Assembly: GCA_001661245.1 (NCBI GenBank)
Contig: KV454012.1
Span: forward strand, 1,411,952-1,470,468
Direction: 5' to 3'
Origin: Pachysolen tannophilus NRRL Y-2460
Lineage: Eukaryota
Length of the DNA: 58,517 bases
Part shown: in pieces, positions 10,978-21,367 of the stretch
Layout: each line of letters starts with the position of its first letter
Position numbering within the stretch: the stretch's first letter is position 1
The notes under the pieces: model-generated
What the model saw: the letters and a program-made list of their open reading frames with translations, nothing else
Databases searched by the model: none
What the model was told of the DNA's origin: nothing
Position numbers and translations under genes: made by a program

Positions 10978-12759
10978 ATGAGTGAGATTTCTAGTACTAG
11001 TTCGCGGACTTCTTCGTCATCGAAACTGGTATCTACCAGTAATGTTGCAGGTTCTGAGACTGATCGGGAAAATAATGAAGAGAAATTGGACAGAAGGTCG
11101 TCATCATCTTCATCTATTTCTAGGGTTTCTTTGAAAGATGTTGATGATCCTGAAGCATTTTGTCCAGGTTCAAAGGTAAGAGATGAAGATACATCTGCAC
11201 TGGGTGAATCTCTTTATGATGCTAATAGAACTGTTTCAAGGATATTGACGAATGCAGAAGAAATTGAACTGAATACTGTTAAATGTCAAAATGAAGAATT
11301 ACCATTTGGTATGGGATTTAATAAACCGTTTCCTCCTGAATTACCTGATAAGAAATTATACTCAGTTACATTTGATGGACCTAATGATCCTTTACACCCT
11401 CATAATTGGGCTTGGAGTAAAAAAATTACATTTTTTTTCCTCTTAGTTATGTATACTTTTTCACTTGCATTCTCTTCAGCAGCATATTCTCCTGCTGTAG
11501 ATGTCTTGGCTGAAAAATATCATGTTAATGAAGTTGTTACTACATTAGGTGTTAGTTTATACGTGTTGGGATTTGCTAGTGGTCCTGTCATTTATGCTCC
11601 ATTATCAGAATTATATGGAAGGAAACCAATTTTAATTATTTCTTCATTTTTATTTACAGTTTTCCAATTTGCCGTTGCTACAGCTGAAAATTTACAAACA
11701 ATATTGATTTGTAGATTTTTTGGTTCATTTACAGGATCTTCTGCATTGGTAGTAGTTCCAGCTGCATTTGCAGATATGTTCCCAAATAAATATCGTGGTA
11801 ATGCAATTAATTGTTTTGCTATGGTGGTATTTGTAGGTCCATTGATTGCACCTATTGTTGGTACTTTTATTACAGAAAGTTATTTAGGTTGGAGATGGAC
11901 TTCTTATATTACTGGTATCATGGGAGGTTTTGCTTCTTTATGTATATGTTTATTCTTTGAAGAAACTCATCATCCAATAATATTAGTTAATAAGGCAAGA
12001 TATTTAAGAAGAAGAACAGGTAATTGGGGAATATATGCTCCTCAAGAAGAAGCAACTTTAACTTTTAGAGAAATTCTTGAAAATAATATTTCTAGACCAG
12101 TTAAACTTTTATTTACAGAACCAATTATTTTTTTGTTAAGTATTTATAATGCTTTCATTTATGGAATATTATACTTATTTTTAACTGCATACCCACTTGT
12201 GTTTTATGATGGTTATAAGATGAAAGCAGGTGTTTCCGAATTGCCATATTTGGGTTTAGTTATTGGAATGTTAATTGGTGGGTTATATTGTATGTACGTT
12301 GAAAAAAGTTGTAACGAAAAAATGAAAGCTAATAATAATAAACCTGTTCCAGAAGCCAGATTACCTCCAATCATGGTTGGAGGTATTGCATTTCCAATTG
12401 GTTTATTCTGGTTCACATGGTCAGGTAACTATCATGAGTCAGTACATTGGATGGTTCCAACTGCTTCTGGTCTCTTTTCCGGATTTGGGTTGTTAACAAT
12501 TTTCATTCCTTCATTGAATTATATTGTTGATTCTTATTTAATTTTAGCAGCTTCTGCTTTGGCTGCAAATACTTTAGTTAGATCAGCTTTTGCAACTGCA
12601 TTCCCTCTTTTCGCAAAATTCATGTTTGTCGGAATGGGTACTAATTGGGCAGGTTTGTTGATTGGTTTAGTCGGTGTTGCATTAGCTCCAGTTCCATTTG
12701 CATTCTATATATATGGTAAAAGAATAAGAGAAAAGTCTAAATATGCTTTTGTTTTATGA
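10978..12759 (+). CDS. TPO1: MFS drug:H+ antiporter, DHA1 family (Tpo1/Flu1-like)
   Basis: FDGPNDPLHPHNW, GPVIYAPLSELYGRK, YLGWRW, EETHHPIIL, LLFTEPI and PEARLPP motifs; about 12 hydrophobic segments. Confidence 0.85.
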   Translation: MSEISSTSSRTSSSSKLVSTSNVAGSETDRENNEEKLDRRSSSSSSISRVSLKDVDDPEAFCPGSKVRDEDTSALGESLYDANRTVSRILTNAEEIELNTVKCQNEELPFGMGFNKPFPPELPDKKLYSVTFDGPNDPLHPHNWAWSKKITFFFLLVMYTFSLAFSSAAYSPAVDVLAEKYHVNEVVTTLGVSLYVLGFASGPVIYAPLSELYGRKPILIISSFLFTVFQFAVATAENLQTILICRFFGSFTGSSALVVVPAAFADMFPNKYRGNAINCFAMVVFVGPLIAPIVGTFITESYLGWRWTSYITGIMGGFASLCICLFFEETHHPIILVNKARYLRRRTGNWGIYAPQEEATLTFREILENNISRPVKLLFTEPIIFLLSIYNAFIYGILYLFLTAYPLVFYDGYKMKAGVSELPYLGLVIGMLIGGLYCMYVEKSCNEKMKANNNKPVPEARLPPIMVGGIAFPIGLFWFTWSGNYHESVHWMVPTASGLFSGFGLLTIFIPSLNYIVDSYLILAASALAANTLVRSAFATAFPLFAKFMFVGMGTNWAGLLIGLVGVALAPVPFAFYIYGKRIREKSKYAFVL

Positions 12760-12970
12760 ATTTCCATTTTTTTTTTTTTTAAATCATTTTAAATAATTTC
12801 TTTTATAATCGCTTAATACAATTTACTTTTTAATAATATTCTTTATTAACTATAGTAAGGAAATGAAAGATAGAAAAGTTGAAAAAAAAAAAAAAAATAG
12901 TATTATTAAATTTATTTATATCCAAAATATCCAATTTGTATTATACTGTTTGCTATATCTTTATATCTAT

Positions 12971-14188
12971 CTATTTTTTGTCAAATATCTTGTTTCCAAG
13001 TTTATAAACTTGTTTCACGTTTCCATTTATATCTAAAATTGTTAAATCTGCATCACATCCAGGGTTGAGGTACCCTTTCTTTTTTTCTAGACCTAAAGCA
13101 CTAGAAGGGTGATTTGTTACACATTTGACTGCTGTGGCTAAATCCAATGAAGACCATTGCATCAAATTTCTTAAACATTGAGGTAAATCTGTAGCTGAAC
13201 CTGCAATAGTGTCTGTTCCCTTCATATGTAAATAATTGTCAGTTTTCTCTATAAACCTACCTTCCCATTGATAGATTCCATTTGGTAAGCCTATGAGCAT
13301 CATTGCATCTGTTACCAATATACACTTGTCTTTTGAAGTTTGGTATGCAAAATTTACTGCAGCAGGATGAACATGTATACCATCAGCAACAATTCCAAAA
13401 AATGGATTTTGCAAACCGTTTGAATCAGCTGTGGATGGCATACCAACTAGTCCTACTACGCCAGGTTCCCTATGATGAGGTTGAGGCATAGCATTATACA
13501 AATGTGTTATCATTGTAGCACCTCTCTTCAATGCATCTTTAGCTTCTTCATACGTTGCCATTGTATGACCAATTGAATAAGTTACACCTCTTTTAGTCAA
13601 TTCCGGTATACATTCCATGATACCTTCAACTTCTGGAGCTGCAGTCACTATAGATATATTATCAAATGCAGCTTCACCTCCATATACTTCAATCATTGTA
13701 TCAAAACCATCTTTAGCAGTTCTAATGGCCGTGGGAATATGACAACCTTTCTTTTGAGGTGAAAGAAAAGGTCCCTCAATATGAGCACCTAAACTATCTG
13801 TTGTAGTTGAATTTCTTGATTTCTTCAAGATTGGTAAGGCAACTTTGTAAATTTCAGGGAAAGTTGATGGTAAAGTTGGACATATACTGGTAACACCAGT
13901 TTGAATCATTTCTTTCATCATCTTCCCATAATTCTTACTATACTCTTTTGAATCCTGAGAACAGGAAAAATCAAACCCAAAGGCACCATTGATCTGAATG
14001 TCAATAAAACCAGGTGCAACAATTAAATTTTGTAAATCAACCGTATCATAAAAAATTTCATCTTCTAAACTAGGTGCAGAAACAATAATACCTTCTTCTA
14101 CATTGACCCATAATTCACTATTAGATATCAATTTTCCCTTATCGCATAACGAACAATTGATAAACTTTAATAATTTTTTAACAGTCAT
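12971..14188 (-). CDS. DAC1: N-acetylglucosamine-6-phosphate deacetylase (NagA family)
   Basis: PGFIDIQINGAFG, GAHIEGPF, GHT, THLYNAM, ADGIHVHP, LVTDAM and IAGS motifs intact. First ATG is at 14188. Confidence 0.95.
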   Translation of the reverse strand: MTVKKLLKFINCSLCDKGKLISNSELWVNVEEGIIVSAPSLEDEIFYDTVDLQNLIVAPGFIDIQINGAFGFDFSCSQDSKEYSKNYGKMMKEMIQTGVTSICPTLPSTFPEIYKVALPILKKSRNSTTTDSLGAHIEGPFLSPQKKGCHIPTAIRTAKDGFDTMIEVYGGEAAFDNISIVTAAPEVEGIMECIPELTKRGVTYSIGHTMATYEEAKDALKRGATMITHLYNAMPQPHHREPGVVGLVGMPSTADSNGLQNPFFGIVADGIHVHPAAVNFAYQTSKDKCILVTDAMMLIGLPNGIYQWEGRFIEKTDNYLHMKGTDTIAGSATDLPQCLRNLMQWSSLDLATAVKCVTNHPSSALGLEKKKGYLNPGCDADLTILDINGNVKQVYKLGNKIFDKK

Positions 14189-14800
14189 TTTCAAATCAAG
14201 GCAAACAACTGAGTTACAAATTCGAAATAAAGAATTCTCTTTTCATCTACAATTATATATATATATATATATATATAAATATATATTCGTAGATACTGGC
14301 TAACGGTATGCATGTGCCGGTCGGTTGGTTGTATTAAAAAATGCAACCCAAAAAAGAGTATTAAATATTTCAATGTTACATTTTGGGTGATGTTACATTT
14401 CGGTAAGTACTTTGAATGGCACTTCCCATGGCACTTTCTATGATATTTCCGATAGCAGGTCATAATCTATCTTTACTTATCTCATTATAAAGAGAAATCA
14501 CACTATATAAAGAATAGAAAGTTGTATTAATATTATTTATTAAGAAGTTTGCAGCTTGTTTTTTCTGTTTTTTTTTTTACCAGAAAATACTGTGATATCG
14601 TGAGATAGTAGGTGATGTTATAGATCAAGTCATCTATCAATCTCTATACGGATATCAAGCTTCCTTTTTGTCAAACTTTAATATAGAAGAGTGTTAGATA
14701 TATAACGATTTTTTGATTTTGTTTTTTCTTTTTGGATTTAGTATTCACATTTTATAAATATTTTACAACATATAACAGATTTTTAAGTTAGCAAAGAAAT

Positions 14801-16417
14801 ATGTCGGGTTCTGGGCTAGATTTAAATGGTTGGGAAGATTGTTTGAAAGGGTTGAATCAAGTTTCAAATGCATTAGTATCACCTGCCAGTCTTACTGTAT
14901 CAGCAAACTCTGATGATTTATCCGATTCGAATGCGATATCAAGATCTTCAACTAATATTTCATTGAATTTAACTGAAGCAGAATTAGAATTACAAGATTT
15001 GAAAATTGGTTTAATACAACAAAATTTTGATGATATAACTAAAGAATTTGAAGAATGTTTAATAGATGCTATTTATGAATCTAAAAATTCAATGATACCG
15101 TCATGTAATATGATTCCTAAAGGTCATGAAGTTGGTAGGTATTTGATTATTGATATTGGAGGTTCTACATTAAGAATTGCCATTGTTGATTTAACAGGTG
15201 ATAAATCTACAAGTAAGTCACTTATAGAAGAATCTTGGAAAATATTACAAAAAGGAAAAATTATTGATGCTTTTTTCTTTGAAAATATTCTGCAAAAAGC
15301 AAAAATAATTTTAGAAAAATCCAATTTTTTCAATAATCATGAGAAAATAAATGTTGGTATTACATGGAGTTTCCCAATAGTTCAAAAATCACCAAGTTCT
15401 GCATTAATTTCAGATCTTGGGAAAGGTTTTACCGTGTTAGAAGATTTTAAAAATAAAGATTTAAAACAATTATTTGAAAAATATTTTAAAAAACAAGATA
15501 TTGATATTGATGTGCTTGCTATAGTTAATGATTCAATTTCTGTATTTATTGCAGGTTCTTATTTTGATAATTGTAAGCTAGCATTGGTTTTAGGAACAGG
15601 TCTAAATGCAAGTTTTTCTGTAAAACGTGATATGTTAAGCAATAGGAAAAAAAAATTGATAATTTCACTAAATAATAAAGAAAATGAAGAAGTTTTATTA
15701 AATTCAGAACTTTCGCTTTTTGGATATAACATTCAAAAATATATTACAAGATTTGATGAGGAAATGTGTTCGACATGGAAATCGAAATTTGATGAGTTTG
15801 AAAAAGAAAATTTACCTCACATGTCTTCAATTTATGGTGTTTTCCAACCACTGGAAATGCTAACTTCTGGTAGATATGTTCCAGAAATTTCAAGGTTAAT
15901 GATGGTAGATTTGATTAAAAGGAAAAAATTATTTTGTGGGAACTTACCAAAAAATTTTAATAGAGAATATGAAATTTCTGGGAAATTAATTTGTGATTTT
16001 TATGAATCTAGATCAACTGATAGCTCATTAAAGATTTTTAGTAATACATTTCCAGTTGATGAAAATGATTTACCCTTACATGTTACAGAAAAGGATATTG
16101 AAACAATGAAAGAAATTATCAACTTGGTCATCTCTAGAGCAGCTATATTATTTACTTCATTATTAGTTGCTATAATAAGAGTACTAAAGATAAATGAAGA
16201 AAACGATCAGAATCAAGTTTTAAATATTGGATACGTTGGATCTGTTCTACAATATTTCACCAGCTATAGGAGAAAATTGGAAAGTTGTCTACTTTCAGAA
16301 CATGAAAAAGGAAACATCCCAAAAATACATTTTCAATATGTCGATAATAGTAGCATATATGGTGCTGCAATTGCAGCTTCTATTGTCGAATACGCTGCAA
16401 CACATGAAACAAACTGA
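14801..16417 (+). CDS. HXK1: N-acetylglucosamine kinase (hexokinase family, C. albicans HXK1/NAG5 type)
   Basis: Hexokinase motifs IDIGGSTLRIA, GITWSFPI, NDS, LGTGLNA, TSGRY; divergently transcribed from DAC1. Confidence 0.85.
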   Translation: MSGSGLDLNGWEDCLKGLNQVSNALVSPASLTVSANSDDLSDSNAISRSSTNISLNLTEAELELQDLKIGLIQQNFDDITKEFEECLIDAIYESKNSMIPSCNMIPKGHEVGRYLIIDIGGSTLRIAIVDLTGDKSTSKSLIEESWKILQKGKIIDAFFFENILQKAKIILEKSNFFNNHEKINVGITWSFPIVQKSPSSALISDLGKGFTVLEDFKNKDLKQLFEKYFKKQDIDIDVLAIVNDSISVFIAGSYFDNCKLALVLGTGLNASFSVKRDMLSNRKKKLIISLNNKENEEVLLNSELSLFGYNIQKYITRFDEEMCSTWKSKFDEFEKENLPHMSSIYGVFQPLEMLTSGRYVPEISRLMMVDLIKRKKLFCGNLPKNFNREYEISGKLICDFYESRSTDSSLKIFSNTFPVDENDLPLHVTEKDIETMKEIINLVISRAAILFTSLLVAIIRVLKINEENDQNQVLNIGYVGSVLQYFTSYRRKLESCLLSEHEKGNIPKIHFQYVDNSSIYGAAIAASIVEYAATHETN

Positions 16418-16582
16418 AAAATTTTTTTTTTTTTTTTGTTTTATAGCCACTTGCTTGCATTTTTATAGGATCAAAGGATCAAACTCTTGAAATCATAAAC
16501 TCTTGATCTAACCTTGTAGTCCAATCGAGTAGCATCTCTCTGTAGGCTTTCTTCACCAAGTTCCCTTATCACTATGTCTTTC

Positions 16583-16636
16583 TTGACATTTTTGACATTT
16601 TTGACATTTTTGTCGTTTTTGACGTTTTTGTCGTTT
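16583..16636. repeat. Six 9-bp tandem units TTG(A/T)C(A/G)TTT
   Basis: ttgacattt x3, ttgtcgttt, ttgacgttt, ttgtcgttt. Confidence 0.85.
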
Positions 16637-16791
16637 TTTCTTTCGGTGGTGTCATGTCACCCTTTATTTCTCTTTGAGGGACACAATTTTATCTTGGGTT
16701 TTTTAAGTAAACGGAATTATTATTCTATATGATTCATTGTTAATTGTGGAATCAGCAACTTGGAAAGGGAAATAGTGTTTTGGAGCTGATT

Positions 16792-19700
16792 ATGGGAGGT
16801 CTGAAAGAAGAATTGGTTAGTTTGACTCCCAGTCAAGAACATTATTTGAAAAAAGAGTTACTTAATTTGGAATTGAATGATGAGTTTAATAAATTATCTA
16901 CAACTTATAAAGATAACACTGGGTTACGTAAATTTGGGCCGCCATTTGCTCCGTACGATCCAACAAGCTCAAATCTGAACTATAAGGAGTCTATGAAGAT
17001 GTTGGAGCTTTACCGGGATCAATTCAATATGGAATTCCCTTTGTTGAGGCATTTTTTCACAAATTTCATAATGACTTTTCCATTTATATTACAGTATCAA
17101 CAGTTAGGAGATAAGAATAGTGATGAGAATTTTTGGGTAAACAAAGTTCAAACATTTTATGAGATTTGGAAAACAAAAAAAATTAGTAATTCAGATGATA
17201 GGGGGCAACTTTCTAAAAGAAAATTGGCATTGTTCAAATTTGTAAAGCTTTTACTTATGCTCTATAACTCAAGTATATTGGTTTATGGTGATGAGATTTA
17301 TTTTGAAGAAAATGAAAAGGCAAATAAGAATGCATATAAGAAAGTGAACCTGGTACTACCATTAGCTGACTTGGAAGCTGGATTGGAAGATGTATTGAAT
17401 AAGGACAATTATATTAATGGTATAGATGTAAATGTTTGTGGCGTAAGACGATCAAAAGAATTGAAAGTTATCAAGAGTTTTAACAATAATTTTCAAAGAT
17501 TTTGGAAAGGTAATGATTCTGGTTTAGAGAAAGGTTACTCATCATTTTATGAATTTATTATAAGAGTCAAATTGGATGATGAAAAAAAAACTACTTATTA
17601 TATTGCAAGGAGATATTCAGAATTCAAGCAATTAAATCAAGATTTAAGAAATATTTTCCCAGTTAAAGAACTTCCAAAACTTCCTTCCAAGATAAAACAC
17701 AACTCAAATATTGATTATCAAGACGATTCTCGAGACAGCTTCGAAATTGATGATGTTGATGATGCCGATAATGTAGATGCTGATAATGATGATGATGATA
17801 GCTCATCTCTTGTCACAGCTTCTACTTACAAGATTGAAAATGATTTTGTGAATGCTTTGAGAATGTCTTCATCCACTTCTGCACCAAAGCCTTCTTCATC
17901 TTCTTCTCAGTCATTGAACTCAAGCCCATATCCATCTATCTCTAAAAATTTCTTACCTACAATGAAGAATAATGGTTCAAAAATAGATGATAATGATAAA
18001 AAGACTCAATCATCATCCAAGACATCATTGAATTCCACAGCCTCAAGTATTTCAAATGTACAGCAAAATCACTTAAATGTTAAATTACCTAGAGAAAAAC
18101 TAAGAGTTCCTCTAAGAGGATATTTACATCAGTTATTGAAAATTCCAGAGGTGAAAAACTCTGTAGTTTTCAAACTGTTCTTGGAAAAAAATAAATTTGA
18201 AAAAATAGAATCCCAGGTTGAAAAAAATGACATTGAATTAAGATTAAAATTGGATGATTTGATAATTTCTCAGCAATTGAAGTTTCAACAAGAAACTATT
18301 AAATCAATTAATATTCTACAAGAAAACATCAAAGAATTGAAACATGATATTTTGAATAAAGATGGCTCCTGGGGTTTATCTCCATTGTTTAAAGAAATTG
18401 AAACAAAGGAAAAAATTGAAGATTTACCACTGCCGTTACGATCATTTGTAGATTTGTCTAAAATTGAAGTTGCTTCCACTCTATATGAAGTCTTTGTTGC
18501 AAATGATCAGTCAGCTGAGCTTTTAAAAATAATGAAAAAATTGCATCTGTTTTTCCCTTATAAGATAGTCGCCACAATCATGAGATTTACAAATCCGATG
18601 CTGATAGTTAAGAAATTAATTGATTTATTTTTGATTCAATCTCCGAGTTTCAATGGAAATGGAAAGTCCTTGTTACAATATATATTCACGCTTATTTTAA
18701 ATGATGATGTTAAACAGTTGACAAAAGAAACGGAGAACTTAGTTGAGAAAATAAAATCTGATGGTACAAAATATGGTCTACTTGTCGATAAAATCAAATT
18801 GTATATTAATACTAATGATGATAATCTTGTACTCGATATTAAAAAAAATTCAGCTCAACTAGGGATTGATTTGACTTTGTCAATACTATTGAATAATAAT
18901 GACTTGCCGATTAAGATAGAAAATAATTTATTGGAAGAATTGATAGAGTCTTACAGAAATTTTAAAAGGGTTGAGAAATTAAACAAAGATCAAAAGAAGG
19001 TAGATTCGCAACAGGAATATAATAAGTTATCTAAAGATTCTTCATTGTATTTCAATTTAAATGAATTATTTAGAGCAATGTTAAGGAGAAGGGATAAAGA
19101 TCACTTAAAGGAACTTTGGGATGAACCTGAATTGACTAGATTGATTAAAGAATTAATTGCTATATTTTTCCAACCGCTAATCAAAGTTTTCACTCAAGCT
19201 GATATATATATTTATATTCCAATTCTTAAAAATTTTGTGAGTGATTTGATTAAATTAGTCGAAGACTATCGGAATAATTATTCAATGTTACTGACTAATA
19301 GTCTGAGCAATAACATTGTTGTTAAATTTATTTCGTTATTAACAAATTATGAAAATTATCTTTATAAATTTATTCATAATTTATACGTAAACGATATTCA
19401 TGCTGATGCAAAGTCCCAAATATTTGTTAAATTAATCGATTGGCTTAATAGTTTTATTGTACTATTAAATTATGTCAAAAGCGATAGACCAGATTTAAAA
19501 ATTGATTTGAATGCTTTGATAAAAGATTTAACATTGGATGGTACAGTTAATAGGGAAGAACTTATAAAAGAAATTGATGGAATAATCGACAAGATTAATG
19601 ACAGAAGACAGTTATATCAAGAGATTTTAGAGTCTCAAAATGCTGATCTGGATGAAGGTACAAGAACTTCAAAGATTAATGAAAATTGGAATAAAATTAA

Positions 19701-20019
19701 TAAAAACTTAACAAGTTTATTTGAACTTGACGATGGTTCTCCTTTAACGAATCTGACAGCACTACCAAGTTCTGAAATTGACGAATTGAATATGGAATTT
19801 ATTGACTTTGAAGAAAAAAATGAGAAACATCAGATTATTGATAAATTTACTGATAATAAGGAATTATTAAAATATATCAATGAAAATAAGTCATTTACCC
19901 AAGAGATTGATTTTGAAGATGACGATAGCAGATACTATAAAAAAGAGAATATTAAAAAATTACAGAAAACTTTTAAATTAAAGCTATACGACGTCTTAAA
20001 AGATTACAAAAAGCAGTAA
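16792..20019 (+). CDS. LEC1: PX-domain protein, Ypr097w/Lec1 family
   Basis: N-terminal LTPSQEHYLKKELL; PX motifs ARRYSEFKQL..L...FP..ELPKLP.K and PREKLRVPLRGYL; FTNPM. First ATG is at 16792. Near SYT1/RDS3/ASR1 as in S. cerevisiae. Confidence 0.85.
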   Translation: MGGLKEELVSLTPSQEHYLKKELLNLELNDEFNKLSTTYKDNTGLRKFGPPFAPYDPTSSNLNYKESMKMLELYRDQFNMEFPLLRHFFTNFIMTFPFILQYQQLGDKNSDENFWVNKVQTFYEIWKTKKISNSDDRGQLSKRKLALFKFVKLLLMLYNSSILVYGDEIYFEENEKANKNAYKKVNLVLPLADLEAGLEDVLNKDNYINGIDVNVCGVRRSKELKVIKSFNNNFQRFWKGNDSGLEKGYSSFYEFIIRVKLDDEKKTTYYIARRYSEFKQLNQDLRNIFPVKELPKLPSKIKHNSNIDYQDDSRDSFEIDDVDDADNVDADNDDDDSSSLVTASTYKIENDFVNALRMSSSTSAPKPSSSSSQSLNSSPYPSISKNFLPTMKNNGSKIDDNDKKTQSSSKTSLNSTASSISNVQQNHLNVKLPREKLRVPLRGYLHQLLKIPEVKNSVVFKLFLEKNKFEKIESQVEKNDIELRLKLDDLIISQQLKFQQETIKSINILQENIKELKHDILNKDGSWGLSPLFKEIETKEKIEDLPLPLRSFVDLSKIEVASTLYEVFVANDQSAELLKIMKKLHLFFPYKIVATIMRFTNPMLIVKKLIDLFLIQSPSFNGNGKSLLQYIFTLILNDDVKQLTKETENLVEKIKSDGTKYGLLVDKIKLYINTNDDNLVLDIKKNSAQLGIDLTLSILLNNNDLPIKIENNLLEELIESYRNFKRVEKLNKDQKKVDSQQEYNKLSKDSSLYFNLNELFRAMLRRRDKDHLKELWDEPELTRLIKELIAIFFQPLIKVFTQADIYIYIPILKNFVSDLIKLVEDYRNNYSMLLTNSLSNNIVVKFISLLTNYENYLYKFIHNLYVNDIHADAKSQIFVKLIDWLNSFIVLLNYVKSDRPDLKIDLNALIKDLTLDGTVNREELIKEIDGIIDKINDRRQLYQEILESQNADLDEGTRTSKINENWNKINKNLTSLFELDDGSPLTNLTALPSSEIDELNMEFIDFEEKNEKHQIIDKFTDNKELLKYINENKSFTQEIDFEDDDSRYYKKENIKKLQKTFKLKLYDVLKDYKKQ

Positions 20020-20271
20020 TACAATCTTTAAATTATTTTTCCATCATTATATATATAGTTTGATATCATAAACCTAAATTAAAAAAAATTCTTTGCAATC
20101 AACTCTTTGAAATATCTGTAGTTATCATCATCTATAAGGTTAATAGTAAAATAGATAAGAAAAGTAGTGAAAAATAAAATCGTTTAAAATCATCATATAA
20201 TATATGAAAATCGATGAGCTTCAAGTAATTCAAATAATGATTATATATGAACAAATTGAATATTTTTGAAA

Positions 20272-21049
20272 ATGCCTCCAATGTGAGTATTCTGATTTTT
20301 GAAAAAGTGATTATTTGGTTTTATTTACTAACAGTTTGCATTATAGAACATCGTTTGTAAAAGTTTCTAATCATTCAGCTTTACCTGTTCGAATATTTAT
20401 TAGTAGGAAAGCAATATTGAACAATAATTTATTATTACAACATGCAATAGCTGCAAGTGCTGCTCATAATAACAAAGCGATTGTTAGATTACACAAGACT
20501 TCACGTATAACTCTATCAAATCTGGATACTAAAGATTTATTGGATGATTGTAAAGAAGAGATATTGAAGATTTGTTTTGATATATCTATTGAAGAATTAT
20601 TAAAAGATTATAGTATGAATAATAACGAGGAACATCAAGATTTGAAGTTAAGTAATTCTTCAATGAATAAGAATAAACTAGTGATACCGATAAAATCTTC
20701 TAAAGGCTGGAAGACTGTATTAGTTGTTCATATTAAATATTTAGAAATGTTAAGATTTGCTATAAGTAATAATGTTGATTTTCCAAGAGAGAATAGATTT
20801 GGATCTAGTGCACAGCTTTTAGTTAAGGATACAAAATTAATTTTACCGAAGAATTCTAGTCAAGATGATGAGTTTTTAATAGCACAAGAAGAAAATGAGG
20901 AAGAACAACTTAGAATACCTGAAGAAGGAGAAATTGTTGATCTTGAATTAAATGATAAAGATACTAAAAAAGGTTATATGAAAACAACTTATAGTAGTAA
21001 AATAATTTTAGGTAAAGGTGTTGACTTGATGGTATTATCTAGAGCTTAA
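20272..21049 (+). CDS. SAW1: Single-strand annealing protein Saw1, two exons: 20272-20282 and 20347-21049
   Basis: Spliced N-terminus MPPITSFVKVSNHSALPVRIFISRK aligns, as I recall it, with Saw1 MAPSIATVKIARDMVLPLRIFVNRK; C-terminal Y..KIILG..VDLMVL.R also matches. Intron has GTGAGT, TACTAAC and TAG. Confidence 0.78.
20283..20346 (+). other. Spliceosomal intron (64 nt) in SAW1
   Basis: GTGAGT at 20283, TACTAAC at 20326-20332, TAG ending 20346. An alternative in-frame CAG ends at 20334. Confidence 0.82.
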
Positions 21050-21367
21050 TAATATATCTTTTTCATAATAGTACAAAGTTGTTAAACCATTATTACTATA
21101 CAATTGTAAGAATAGTAAAAGAAAGAACATAAAAATAAAAATAAAAATAAAAAATCACTTGTCATTTTCTCAAAACGACAATCACCTTCTCTTTCTTTTT
21201 TAAATTAAAAAGAAAAGCAAAACGAAAGTTTCAATCTTATAAAAAGGGTTTAAGAAAAAACATTATATACTCAGCCGACAAATAAAAAGTTCCCTTTTCC
21301 TAAACAAATAAAATAAAAAAATAAAAAACAAAAATAAAAAAAATCTAAATTAGTTTTGATTTTCATC

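Noticed and set aside
16744..16791. TTG/GTG-initiated N-terminal extensions in the ORF track (also 22387, 28355, 32493, 50914, 53029)
   Set aside because: Bacterial start rules applied to a eukaryote; downstream ATGs give family-typical N-termini.
20212..20218. PAC-like CGATGAG upstream of SAW1
   Set aside because: Single partial match, and Saw1 is not a ribosome-biogenesis gene.
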